Below, in pieces: positions 40,061 to 52,445 of a DNA stretch of 64,000 nt. Within the stretch, counting starts at the first letter, position 1; the number at the start of each line of letters is the position of its first letter. The notes under the pieces were generated by a model, which ran no database searches, was not told the DNA's origin, and saw only the letters and a list, made by a program, of their open reading frames with translations. Position numbers and translations under genes: made by a program. Source of the DNA: the human T2T-CHM13v2.0 reference genome, Homo sapiens; the NCBI RefSeq assembly GCF_009914755.1, contig NC_060927.1; one strand, 5' to 3'.

Positions 40061-40455
40061 AATAGCAAATGTACAAACCATTCTGAATTATTCTCTGTAA
40101 TATGTCCTGCCTGTTCATCTCCAGACCTTCTGTGCCCTTCCCTTTGTCCAGAATACTGTTCCCTCTCTTCATTTGCTAACACAACACAGTGTACATCATA
40201 GCTTAAGAGTATTTCACATTGGAATTCCCTCCTGAGTATGTCTGAGGTTCCCGTTCTGTGCTTCCATAGCACCCTCCCTGCCCAGAGCAGGTATCAACTC
40301 AACTGTTAGCATTTGAAGATTACTTGTCTTCCTCAGGGACTATTGTTAGCTCCCACAGAGTAGGAACCCTCTCTTTCTTACTCTACATGGTAACCCCAGA
40401 AGCTAGCACAGTGTTTACACAGTAATTACTTTGAAAATGTTTGTTGAATGAATGA
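39200..40455 (+). mobile_element. LINE-2 3' region, fragmented and interrupted by a tandem duplication
   Basis: CTACTTGGATGTTTCACAGGC..TTATCCTTGACTCCTCC..GATCTTGTCATTCCACTGC..AATGTTTGTTGAATGAATGA terminus. Confidence 0.75.
39827..40072. repeat. Head-to-tail duplication of a ~120-126 bp unit, each copy carrying a (CA)n tract
   Basis: Unit 1 39827-39952 with (CA)23; unit 2 39953-40072 with (CA)20. Confidence 0.95.
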
Positions 40456-40814
40456 GTGATATTTTATGAGCCCCTGAATAAATGAGAAAATACTTAAATA
40501 TTGTAATTTATTGAATCAGCTAAAACGTGAATCATTAATTAACTCATTGGACAGTGTCTATTATAAACACAATAAATATTAGCTATTGTTGCTATCATGA
40601 AGACAGGAATGTAGATAATTTTTTCTTTTTCGTTCTACTTTGGTAATTAAAGAAAAACTAATGCAGTATTTACAAATGAATCTTTTCTTTAAAATTAAGG
40701 TAATGATTTGGTGATTTCCCATCTGCAGTGTATAGATTTGCCTTTGAAAATGGAAATGTTTTTAAAGATGTAGTGCAGTGAAGAAGCCACTGTTTCAATA
40801 TATGTCTTGTGAGA

Positions 40815-41142
40815 TAGCAATCCCCAACCTTTTTGGCACCAGGGATCAATTTTGTGGAAGACACTTTTCCAGTGGTTTTGGGATGAAACTATTCCACCTC
40901 AGATCATCAGCCATTAGTTAAGAGTCTCATAAGGAGTGTGCAGCCTAGATCCCTCGCATGCACAATTCTTCACAAGAGGGTTTGTGCTCCTATGAGAATC
41001 TAATGCTGCTGCTGATCTGACAGGAGGTGGAGCTCAGGCAGTAATGCTCCCTCGCCAGACGCTCACCTCCTGCTGTCCCGCCCGGTTCCTAACAGGCCAT
41101 GGAGTAGTACCAGTCTGCAGTCCGGGATTTGGGGGACCCCTG
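40815..41142 (+). mobile_element. MER1B (hAT-Charlie MITE)
   Basis: TCCCCAACCTTTTTGGCACCAGGGA..CCACCTCAGATCATCAG..CTGACAGGAGGTGGAGCTCAGG..GGGGACCCCTG; degenerate 8-bp TSD TTGTGAGA/TTGTAAAA. Confidence 0.93.
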
Positions 41143-42920
41143 TTGTAAAAGATGTTTATCATTTCTGGACATTATATTTTTCCATTTGAACTAATGGTTT
41201 TATGGATCTTTAGAAAATTGTCTGTGGTACTCTTTTTTTTTTTCTGTAGGGATGGGTGGCTAGAATGTTTGCTGGAAAAGATTTACTGGTGCACTTTTTT
41301 CAGCTTACTTGAATTTATCCTAATTTACTTCTCATCCAGTCTGGAATTAAGTTATATTTGGCTTTGTCTATAGGTTGGATTAGATTCTTTCCAAAAGCCA
41401 AACTACTTAGGTCATTGATGCAGAGGTCGCAGGGAGACCTACAATTGTGTTACTAAATTTTATAGACGAATGTATATAAAGTCTGAACCTCATGAAATAC
41501 TGTTCATGCTGTTGGTTATACAGAATAATGTGCTGTGTGTCCCTGTGGCCTTGATTTTCTTCAGCTGAGCAGTCATTAGAAAGAAGAGGACAAAAATACT
41601 ATCTTCATTGTCTCTGCTTTGGTTCAGACCTTCCTCCCTGCATTGAAAACTGAGGGTGACCTCCTGTTGTCTTCAGGCACTTTTTACTTCACAGCTTCCA
41701 GAAGGGATGATGATTACTGAGAGTGGCGCAGCACTTAGGCGTCGTCTATAGGGACCTGACATTAGACTGTTCACTACAGAAGTCCTCACATAAAAGATAG
41801 CTTTTCTTGAGAAAATTTATTTGTAGATTTTAATTTATGTTACAGATTTAAAACTGCAGACACCTTTGTCTGAAGGGAAATCTTACTAAAAGTCAGCACT
41901 TAGACCCTCTTTCAAATTGTATCATTTTTAGTCCTATATTTGTAAAACCTCTTATAATTCAATAACTGTTCAAAAGATCTTTTCTACATTATGTTTAAAG
42001 TACCTCTCTGCTTTTATTCTTACCTAGTTTTATGGAAGCAAAGTTTTGTGATTCAGATTCCTATTTGTAGAGTTGATATGATGTATTATGAATTTAGGGT
42101 GATTTTTAAGTCTGCCCTACTATGTTCTTTAATAAACAAGATGTCCTAATTTTTTCCACCTATTAAGATGATGGTGCAGTTATGGAAATATTGCCTATAG
42201 CTTATATGTTAAAATTCTAAACTGTATTGGTATCCAAATATGCCTTTGCTTTTTGTAATGCTAGGAGAAAATAGGCATTTTTTGATGACTTTACTAGCTG
42301 AGGACATTAAAGTACTGAAAAGTTAGGAATAAGTGCTGTGTCTAAAGACAGTTGTGAAAAAATTCATTTTAAAAATCAAATTAATGGAGATATGAACAGA
42401 GTGGTTCTAATCAGAGAAATGAAATAATGGGGATTATTTCTTTTAATTTGATGTGTTTTAAAATTGTCATCTCAGTGAATGCTTTAGTTCTAACTGGATA
42501 ACTGCATTTGCAAAGTAATGATGTTGCTTGAAACTGACTATGTGCAGAGAAAGTGTAAAAGATGAACTATCTGCTATTTCTAGTTCAATGCACAGTTGTC
42601 ATATTTATCCTTTGCTCAATTAAGGAACCATATTATTGGGGATTATTTAAGTATTAAAGTATATCTGGAAGTTCCATAAATTAAATAAGTTAAAAAATAA
42701 ATCACTTCTGTTAGTTTTATATGGAAGCTCCCAAGTTTTTTTCATATCATAGTTAAACTGTACTATGATATGACTACTTGTACTTAATTATATAGACTAC
42801 TTGTACTTAATTACAATGTGAATAATTATTTTGTCCATTATGTTAAAGTTAGGAGAAGACTTTATCTCTTTATGTTTTTTCCTAGATAATCTTGAGCCAA
42901 ATTTAATTATATCCAAAGAA

Positions 42921-43222
<302 letters not shown>

Positions 43223-45705
43223 TCAAAGAATATTTTTACCAATAGTATATGATATTACGTGGTTTCTTTGAGATAAATTAAGAGTTTACAAAAGAAAGAC
43301 ACAGACTTTTATGTTCTTGATATCTTAAAGAAAAAAATATACTGAGTGCTCATTACTTTAAACCTTTGAATAACTTTTAACAATCTCTCCGCATTCCTAC
43401 TGTTTATTGATATTCTTTTGTATTATCTTAAGATAGACTGAATTGAATGAAATTTGAATTTTATAGTTTTTAATAGTAATTAAAATTATTGATAGAATCA
43501 GATATACAAGCTCTTTAACATTTAATGTAAATTAAAAGATGGAACTGATTTAAATTGGATTTGTTTCAGAATTCCATTTTGGAAATCAGTTGGCAGTATT
43601 AGCAACATCACTATTATATGAATATATGCTAATGTAGAATGAAAGAAAGGTCCTCATTAAAATCTTGTTGCTAAACAAGTGACAAAAACCTTGCAGACAG
43701 CTTAAGGCTTCAGGTCAGTCATATTTACTCCTGAAGAGATTTGGACAAGTGTGAAAGTATATAGACTATGCCTTTATTGTGATCAGAACACATAAATGCT
43801 AGTTTGTACCAGTTCCCTACCAAGGACATTTTTACTAATATTAGACAAAACAAGTCTTAATGCAATGCCTAAGCATCCTATTTATCTAAGTAAGTTAAAA
43901 TATTGGGTTTGTTAAATCAGAAAGTAAGCATTTGCTAACAGCCGTTGTGTCTGTGTTTTCCAGAAAAGGACTGAGGTTTGGTCAACTAGTGTGTTTTCAT
44001 GAGACAAAATTCATGATCTAATTACCTTTCTACCAAATATTATTTGGGTGAACTGGTCTGGTATAGGTATAGTAAGGTGACAGTAAAGGTAAGGTGGTGC
44101 AGGGGAATCCAGCCCATGGTTCATTACCACTATTGAACATGGCAGTTCTCTTAAAGAAGCCTTTAGCTAGCTTTAGCTAATTCCGGATTAACTTTATATA
44201 CATATTGTTTGAGGATTGCCCATGTCTTTTTATTTGGGATCGTAGTCTTTGCTTATGTAAAGGTAGATCTTAACATCATGCTATAAATAGAAAAATTAAC
44301 GTATAGGAATAGATAGGCATTCCAGAGTGAAAGTTAGTTGACTTTTAGATAGCCATGTGGCTACCCTTCAGCGTCTCCACTGAAAATGAGCTGGCTATAA
44401 GTCTGCTTTGCCTTTTGAGTGTTAGAGAGTCCTTAGTCAAAGGGCACAAAGAATTTCCCTTGGTTTGATTTGACCTGTGTGGCCAGCTCATCTGCGTCAA
44501 GAGGAACAAGAACATTTGCAGTTGGAATAAAGAAGATACTTGATTACGTTTAGAGTCTAACAGGCTGGGTTGGGAATGAGAGAGCAAATGTTGGGACTGC
44601 TGAGACTAGTGAAGCAGAAGCCAAAGGGAACTAATCCTGTGTGTCCTTGAAGGGGAATACTATGTATCACTCACTTCATGTGATCACACACATTAAATTA
44701 TTTGAATTAAAGTCATTTCTTGCATCCCTTGTTCCTTCTTCCTATTCCACCAATTTTCTTGGAAGTATCACTATGATGTTGTGAGTGGATACAGGTATCT
44801 ATGCTATAGGGCTCTTGTCCCAGCAAGGCCCCCCTAATGAATTTTTTATGCATTTAATAAATCTCATTTTTGGTTGCTTGTGGTTTAAAAATATTTTTGT
44901 TACATAATTATGTATTTTCATGGACACTCCTAAGATTATCTGTCTAAGACAATTATAAATAATTTATAATCCCAAGTACCTGGAAGGATAACACATAGCT
45001 CAAGAAAAGAGAGGAATCTTGATTATTTTGTATTTTCAAAGTTACAAAAGATATTGAGAAAACACAATACACAATTTATTTTTATTTTCATTTTTTTGCC
45101 TACAGCTTCTTTGTAAGGACGATGTTTAAGATCTCACTTGGAAATAGTTGCTTACTTACAGTAGATGAGGGGTGGCAGAGTCTGGAACTAGGGCAGCCAG
45201 TGGTCAGAAGGAGGGACCAGAGTAGTTCATGAGAGTAGCTGCAAGAGATGAGGAGCAAAGCATATTGTCCTGTGTAAGGGATAAGACAGGACTGAGTCTG
45301 ACCCAAAGCAAACACAAGACAGAGTAGTAAGTGGCCCACCTGTGGGTAGCATAGGTACCAGGCTTTTCTGGGTTTGTGGTCCTGAAAAGGCAGAATACCC
45401 AAGGTGCCAGTACAATTTAAAGAGCAAACTAGCAGAGTGGAAATTTGACAGAAAGCCATTTGAAGTATCTACAGCACCTAGAACTTACTTGGGAATGAAA
45501 TGGGGGTCCTGTTATTAGAAGTTAAGAAACCATGGCAGGGTTGTGTAAAAGCAAAGGGATGCCTTGCTGCCATCAGGTGGGAATCCACCGGCTTTTGTTG
45601 CCAGGTACTAAGAAGACATGCAGAGACTAGACAACAGATACCAATGTCTGGAAACAATTCCCTTTCAAAGGAAGAGTCAACTCTTTGTATTTCTCCTAGA
45701 ATATA

Positions 45706-46041
45706 CAGTCGTGCACTGCATGACAGTGTTTAGGTCAATGACAGACTACATATATGATGGTGGTTCCATAAGATGATAATGGTGTATTTTTACTGTACCT
45801 TTTCTATGTTTAGAAATGTTTAGATATACAAGTACTTACCTTTCTGTTATAATTGCCTGCAGTATTCAGTACAGTAACATATGGTACAGGTTTTAGCCTA
45901 GGCTATACAAAATAGCCTAGATATCTACTCAGCTGTACCATCTAGGTTTGTGTAAGTACACTCTGATCTTTGGACCACGATGAAATTGCCAAATGATGCA
46001 TTTCTCAGAATGTATCCTCATTGTTAAGCAGCCCATGATTG
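45706..46041. mobile_element. Tigger3a (MER7-type TcMar MITE)
   Basis: TA-CAGTCGTGCACTGCATGAC..CCATCTAGGTTTGTGTAAGTACACTCT..GCATTTCTCAGAATGTATCC..CATGATTG-TA. Confidence 0.9.
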
Positions 46042-46247
46042 TACTGTTTCTCTACTAGAAATCCTATCTCTACATCCTGTCTCTATGAAGTCTCCTTGCC
46101 CTTCATCTCAGAAGTCCTCTCTCCCTCTTCTCAAATCACATTTATTTATACAAAGTGAATATCACTCATCTTATTCTGCCTTTTACTGGTGTGCATGTCT
46201 TTTGTTGAGCACGGTACCATGTGCCAAGCACAATGTACATAATAGAT

Positions 46248-46302
46248 GTTCAAGGCTGCAGTGAGCTATAATCATGCCACTGCACTCCAGCCTGGGTGAC
46301 AG
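46248..46302 (+). mobile_element. AluJ 3' stub
   Basis: GTTCAAGGCTGCAGTGAGCTATAATCATGCCACTGCACTCCAGCCTGGGTGACAG. Confidence 0.85.
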
Positions 46303-46399
46303 GCTTTCTTTTTTTTTTTCTAAAAAGAAGAAAATTGTGTGTGTGGGTATTTATATAGATATAATTACAAGTAATTTTTTCCTTCCAAATTTATTTCAG

Positions 46400-46490
46400 A
46401 TTTTACCAAATGTTGCAAGAACTCTGGAGTTCTTATGGTAGTAAAATGCCGGAAAGAAAATTCTGCATTGAAAGAATGTCTAACTGCTTA
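46400..46490 (+). CDS. CMC1: CMC1 (twin CX9C COX assembly mitochondrial protein) penultimate coding exon, 91 nt: (D)FTKCCKNSGVLMVVKCRKENSALKECLTA(Y)
   Basis: Acceptor TTTATTTCAG|A, donor TA|GTAAGT; contains the CX9C motif CRKENSALKEC; joins in frame to 49575. Not in the ORF track (too short). Confidence 0.96.
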
Positions 46491-47699
46491 GTAAGTAGTT
46501 GTCTCAGCGTTTGTGCTTGTATGTGTATTTGTGGTAGATAAGAGTATGTTACTTAACTCATTACATGTAATATATTCTGTACCTCTCCATACCAAATTTA
46601 TCATATTGTTGGCTGAGTCTAAAGTTCCAGTATAGTCTTAAAAATGCAACATATTTATGAAAGAGTCTTTTCAAATTTTCTCAGCATTGTATCTGATTAA
46701 AAAGATGAAGTCAGCAGACAAAAATATATGATTTTTCACTATTTAATAAATCTTTTTTCATGAACAGTTTGATCTGTAAAATATAGTACAGACTGATTTT
46801 TGTTTATTCTGTTGTAAAGATAACTGAATGAAAATATCTCTGAGACTTCCTCCAGCCTTGTGATTTGTTGGATTAATATAATTTAACTCCTAGAAAGTTG
46901 AGATAAATCGTATGGATGATAAAAAGGTAAATTTAGATTTTTGAAGTTAACCAAATTTACTTTTAAAATAATTTTATAATATCGTGTTCACTAATATTTT
47001 GTTGTAGTTCCTTAAATTTAAGTAAAAATGTGTGAAGTTCTTTGAATTCACATGCTGATTTATTCACCCATGTTCTATTGCCCACATTATTGACAGATAA
47101 GATTGCAGAATACTTTAGTAAGTATTGTTAATTGAATGTTGAGAGATCTTAGTTTTGGTAAGCCTTTGTTTCCTTTAATTTCTGTAGCCTGTGCAGCGTA
47201 TATGTCAGTATGGTATGTATCTTAGAGGATTAAATAAAAATGTAATGAACACCCGAACCCTACATTTTTTTTTAAATAAAATATGTACACATAAACTTAT
47301 AGACCTTTTTTTAGAATGGTGGAGTTGGAAAAGACTTTAGAGATTATGTAAACTCATCTCTATATTTGCTATATTTGTAAATGATGAAACATAATCAATA
47401 TTGATTTTTTTTCTTAAGTTAATAATATCAAAGCAGCCCTTATTTATGGTCCAGGTATTGTACTCAGTGCTTTACCATATAGGAGTAAAAGTTCATTCTG
47501 TGACTTAATATTCTTTCAGTTCTATTCTCGAGTGCTTCCAAGAAATGTTTACTGAGTAAACGAATCTCTTAAACTTTTGTATGACTGAATTATTAAATTC
47601 TGTCTTATACATTGATTAAATAATTTTTATATCTCAGATTCAGTCATCATAATTGTTATTGCTAGTTTGACATATTATCCTTCACTCCAGTTGGGGGAG

Positions 47700-47900
47700 C
47701 TCTAGAGCAGAGTAGACAGGAGTATAGACTGCAGAGAGGGCAACCTGGGTTCAGCTTCTGTATCAGTGAGAGCTTAGCTAGTCGTGTTACCTTAGGCAGG
47801 CTCCTCATTGTAAGAAGGAATAATTATATCTTATGGAGTGATTGTGAGGTACTGCATGTAAACACATTTACCATGATAGGTATTCAGAAAATGTTAGCTC
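47700..47900 (+). mobile_element. MIR SINE
   Basis: CCTGGGTTCAGCTTCTG..TTACCTTAGGCAGG..TGATTGTGAGG..AAATGTTAGCT. Confidence 0.62.
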
Positions 47901-48229
47901 TTTTTTGATTAGTATTTGTTATTATTTATCTGAATATTAATCATTTGAATATCCTTCCCTCTCTCACCCCCTAGAAATACAAGAAGAAAATAACAGATTC
48001 TAGTCCATCTGAGGGGAGGAGAGGGGCTAGGAAGGATGGCTGTTTCTGCTTGTTTAGAAGAGATAAGCAGTGGATGTGACATTAACTGAAAGTAAATGGA
48101 AAATTATTAGGGAAAATTGTACTTGACTTTGAGTCCCCAGATACACTAAGAAATAGTATTTATTCATCTTTAAATAAGAAGGTGTTCTGCTTTGTTAATT
48201 ACTATTGACATTTCCATGAAATGAACGTA

Positions 48230-49397
48230 ACTGCTATCCTCTCTCATTTTGAAACATTGTTTTTGCTCCTTTATTTCTACCTCTTACTTTCATTTTTTTC
48301 CTTAATACACTATGATCTGATTTCTGTCCTCACATCACTGAACCTGCTCTTTTTAAAGACTCTAATGGGCTGATGGTAGACAAATCCAACAAATTGTTCC
48401 TTTTCTTTTACTGGACCTGTCTCTGGCAATCCCTTCTTAAAAGTCTCCTCTGTCTTCCCTGATAATATTTTTTCCCATTTTCCCAAAATCTCTTTGTACT
48501 TCTCCATGTTTTTAATCTACTCCTTAATGTTGGTGTTCCCCAAGTTCTCTTCTCATTCTTAAATCTGAGGAAGTTTAGTTTGCACCCATGAATTCAATTA
48601 CTTACTATAGAAAGTAACATTTGTTTCTTTGTTCAAGTCCAAAAATGAACTGGGCTCCTTTTGCTCGTCCTACAACGTGTCTTTGTGAATTATACAGTAG
48701 TCTAGTATCTACAGTCTTGTCTCCTAACTCTAATTGGTTATTTCCTATTGATTTCTGAAATTTCCTGCACATCATCTCTTCCTTTTCATTCCTACAGCTC
48801 CTCCTTTGGCCTGCGCCTTCCATCATTTTTGCCTGGATTATTTTAACAGTTTATTGGCTATCTTGCCTCTAACCTTGCTTGCCTCCTTTTGTCCTATCTG
48901 CCACATGTTGTCAGATTCATCCAAGACACAAAACTGATCTTACAGGTGAGGTGCTCTATTAATTGTGCCCCATTTTCTTCAGGATTGATTTTAATTTCTG
49001 AGTATAGCATAAATGGCACATCATGATTTGACTTTTGCCCATTCCATCTTCATTTCAGGCCTTTTCTCCTATGTGCATAATCTGCTATAGTGGTACCTAT
49101 CTACTTGGCAGGTTTTCCTGCATTAATTTTTCCTCATCCATGTGTCTTCCCACACTTGCCTTCTATATGGATTTCTGTTGGTCTTTCAAAATACAACGCA
49201 AGCATTTCCCCTTGAAACCTCTGCCCTCCCCATTTCTTCCTTGTTTCCATGGTGCACTGGGCCATACCTCTGTCACAGTATTTTGTAGATTTAATTTTAA
49301 TCCAGTCTTTACTTGTCCTTTACACCGTGGGTTCCCAGGACAGGAGCTGTGCTTCTCATTGCTCTATTCTGTGACAGTGCTATATAAAAATGAATGA
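48230..49397 (+). mobile_element. LINE-2 fragment(s) in the last CMC1 intron
   Basis: TCTGATTTCTGTCCTCACATCACTGAACCTGCTCT..CTCCTTAATGTTGGTGTTCCCCAAG..TTTTGCCTGGATTA..AATGAATGA. Confidence 0.65.
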
Positions 49398-49574
49398 TTT
49401 GGTCTTTAGTTTGGTAGCATAAAGTTAACAGTGAATTTTTAACCATTACTAAAAGTGTACTTCTAAAGATTGAGCCTGATGAACCAGATGTCTGAATATT
49501 AGTAATTAAAGTAAGCTTACATTTAACACATGCAGGATTATTTACTTGAAAATATTTTCATTTCCTTCTCATAG

Positions 49575-49695
49575 CTATAATGATCCAGCCTTTTATGAAG
49601 AATGCAAAATGGAATACCTGAAGGAAAGGGAAGAATTCAGAAAAACTGGAATTCCTACAAAGAAAAGGCTACAGAAGCTTCCAACAAGCATGTAG
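49575..49695 (+). CDS. CMC1: CMC1 last coding exon: (Y)YNDPAFYEECKMEYLKEREEFRKTGIPTKKRLQKLPTSM*
   Basis: Acceptor TTTCCTTCTCATAG|C; phase fits upstream exon (TA|C); TAG at 49693-49695; matches the CMC1 C-terminus as I recall it. Confidence 0.96.
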
Positions 49696-49819
49696 GCAGA
49701 TACTCAAATGACATTCAGGAACTCTAATATTCATGGAAGTCATTTTATAGTCCTTAAATAATGGACTCAAGCATATATGTTTGCTTTACCTTAATTATGG
49801 AAATATTAACTTTATCTGA

Positions 49820-49825
49820 AATAAA
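49820..49825 (+). terminator. Proximal CMC1 polyadenylation signal AATAAA
   Basis: First AATAAA after the stop (125 nt downstream), followed by a U/GU-rich element (GTTTTGGTTTC). Confidence 0.7.
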
Positions 49826-50296
49826 TATTTTATTTCAAAGTTTTGGTTTCTTAAATGGGAAAGGAGTAGTTACTGAATTGGGATATGGTTTTCCTGGTCA
49901 TTCTGGACCTTTTGAAAGTTTTCCCACAACTATAGTTCTATAACAGTGATACTGATTTTTTAGAGTTCAATATGGTCCTTATATTATTTTTTTCCAGTGT
50001 ATATGCTAATGGCTAATCATGGGAGCCAAAACTAAAGAAAAGCAGGAATGGACAACCTTCAAAGGTGTTAATAATAACTAGGCAGTATAGCAGAATGGCT
50101 ATGAACCAGAATCCTTCCTGATTCTACCACTTATTAGCTATACAGCTGTGGAAGTAAATCTAATACAGTTTGTGAGGATGTACTGAGTATTGCATATAGC
50201 AGGTACACGTACAGTGTATAAGACAGTGCTTCAGACCTGGTACATGCTCTTATATTGGTAGTTACTGTTAGTAGTAGTAGAGGCTTATTTGGAAAC

Positions 50297-50653
50297 TATC
50301 TTAGTCCATTTTCTGTTGCTATGGGAGAATACCCAAGACCAGGTAATTTATAAGAAAAGTTTGTTTGGCTCACAGTTCTGGAGTTTATTTGCCAGCAGCT
50401 TCTGGCAAGGGTTTTCATACTGCATCAAAACATAATAGGGTGTAAAAAATAGAAGGACAAACAAGTGTGGGCAAACTTTTATAACAGCCCGCTCTCTTGA
50501 GAACTAATACCTGTAATAATGGCATAAATCCATTCACGAGGGCTCCAGCCTCATCACCCTATTACCTCTTAAAGGCTCCATTTCTTAGTCCTGTTAAATT
50601 AGCAACTAAGTTTCCAACACATGAACTCTTGGGGGACACATCAAACCATAGCA
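50297..50653 (-). mobile_element. MST/MLT1A-type MaLR solo LTR
   Basis: TCTTAGTCCATTTTCTGTTGCTAT..TTGGCTCACAGTTCTGGAG..TAAGTTTCCAACACATGAA..CAAACCATAGCA; near-TSD GAAAC/GAACC. Confidence 0.85.
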
Positions 50654-52439
50654 GAACCATAGATAAGGAGATACCTACTTATATGAATTAATTTTACTTA
50701 CATCTTTGATGTAGAATTTTCTAAAACATATGTTCTTAACCTGATAACTTGTTAGTCCTTTAATCTTTCATTTTGAAAAGTTATATTTCTAAGTGAATTA
50801 CCATTCTGTAACATAGTAATGGACTCAGGAAGTAGTATAAAAAATTTATGTCCCAATTTAATAATTTGAGCTTTTATATTAAAAGTTATTTTTTTCCCCA
50901 TGAGCTGTTAACTCTTCCACAGCCATTGTAACTAGTTTCAAGATAAGTAAATTTTACGTATATTTTCACAGTCCTCATTAAAATCACAAATAGAAATTAC
51001 TACCCACTAAGACAAGGTTTAACTTTCCCTAATCCCATGCAATAGATCTGAGAGATTTTTTTTTAAGAAAGAATTTAAATAGGACACTAAAGAATCAATT
51101 CAAGTTCCACACTTTACTCTTGAGTGAACCACTCAAAAAACTATTTTACTTTTATTTGAAATACAAAGAAACCACATTTTCCCAGGCCACAGATCAAAAG
51201 GAGGGAGATTACTAGAGCAGACAAAAGCAAAGCAAATATAGAAATCTAGAGACCACACAGCATAGGGGCAAACATGCCCATATTTCCACATTGACCTTTG
51301 GTATTGGTGCATTTCCTAGAGCACAGGAAGTTAACTGTTTTTAGAGATAAATGAAAATGGAAGAGTTACTTTAAGAAGCTAGTGAAATATACAATCTATT
51401 TTATAGCTTTGATTAAAATCAGAAGTAGCCCACTTCATGTAGAAAATTCACTTATGTACATGTTGCTTTCCCCATAGAAGCCAGATTAGATTACACAGTA
51501 TAAATAATATGTTCATCCTCCTTATGTCAAAGACTAAACCATTCATTGTAGCCTTCAGAATACCCATGTGTATCCATACTGAAGATTTTTTTCACCTGGT
51601 ACATCTGTCTCAGTTGTGTCTTGCTTGCTTATGGGTGCCTCTGTTGATATTATTCCCTGTTAATATGTGGTAACCCACAGGTTTTTTACCCCTTAAGATA
51701 CACCTTCTCCAAGTAGCCTTTCTGAATTAAGATCAGTACTTTGTTGTCACATGATTCAGCTCTTCAAGTCTGAATTTTCCCATTTATTTTGGTTTTCTAA
51801 TGTTTCACATAGGCACGTTCCTGCTTTTAAGAATTCAGTTCCATTTTGGCAGCAACTCAGTAAGTCTTACAGATGTAAATTTTACTTTAGCTAATAAGGG
51901 AGCAAGAGGAAGGAATAGGTGGCTTTTTGTTATGTTTTCTTCATTCTGTCGATTTATGGATGTACTGAATTGAACCTTATAAAAAGAAATCTAAAGATTC
52001 CAAAGGAAGCTCTTTAGAGCAAGTTTCAGCTAGTATGAAAGAAGTCAACATAAAATATTCAATTTTAAATAGATTCATAAGCTACAGATGGGCCACTGTT
52101 TTTTGGTTGTTTGAATTTTACCTAGAACAGAGAGATCAAGTGTAGATTTAAAAGCTTCTAGCTGGGTAAAAAATTTTTGGCTAATCTTTCCTTACTAAAG
52201 AACCTTATACATCATTTGTCTAACACTTTAAACTGTCACAGTCACTGACTTTTTAGTATACCTGTTTGATAGCTATCATCACTGTACTGTTTAAATGGAA
52301 AATAATTTTCTCCACTCAAAAGCTGGTTTAACAAATGTCTATTGTATGAATCATATTAACAACCAACAATTAGTACTAGATTTTGAGATCTATAGGCAAG
52401 GACAATATTTCACATCCACTTCAATTTCAAACAAAAATA

Positions 52440-52445
52440 TTTATT
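52440..52445 (-). terminator. Candidate AZI2 polyadenylation signal (others at 53730-53735, 53623-53628, 53045-53050, 51151-51156)
   Basis: TTTATT on + = AATAAA on -; usage cannot be determined from sequence. Confidence 0.45.

Noticed and set aside
39827-40072. Repeat-spacer arrangement resembling CRISPR
   Set aside because: Eukaryotic DNA, only two units, 'spacers' are CA microsatellites, no cas genes.
45898-45920. Hairpin CTAGGCTAT..ATAGCCTAG
   Set aside because: Internal palindrome of the Tigger3a element.
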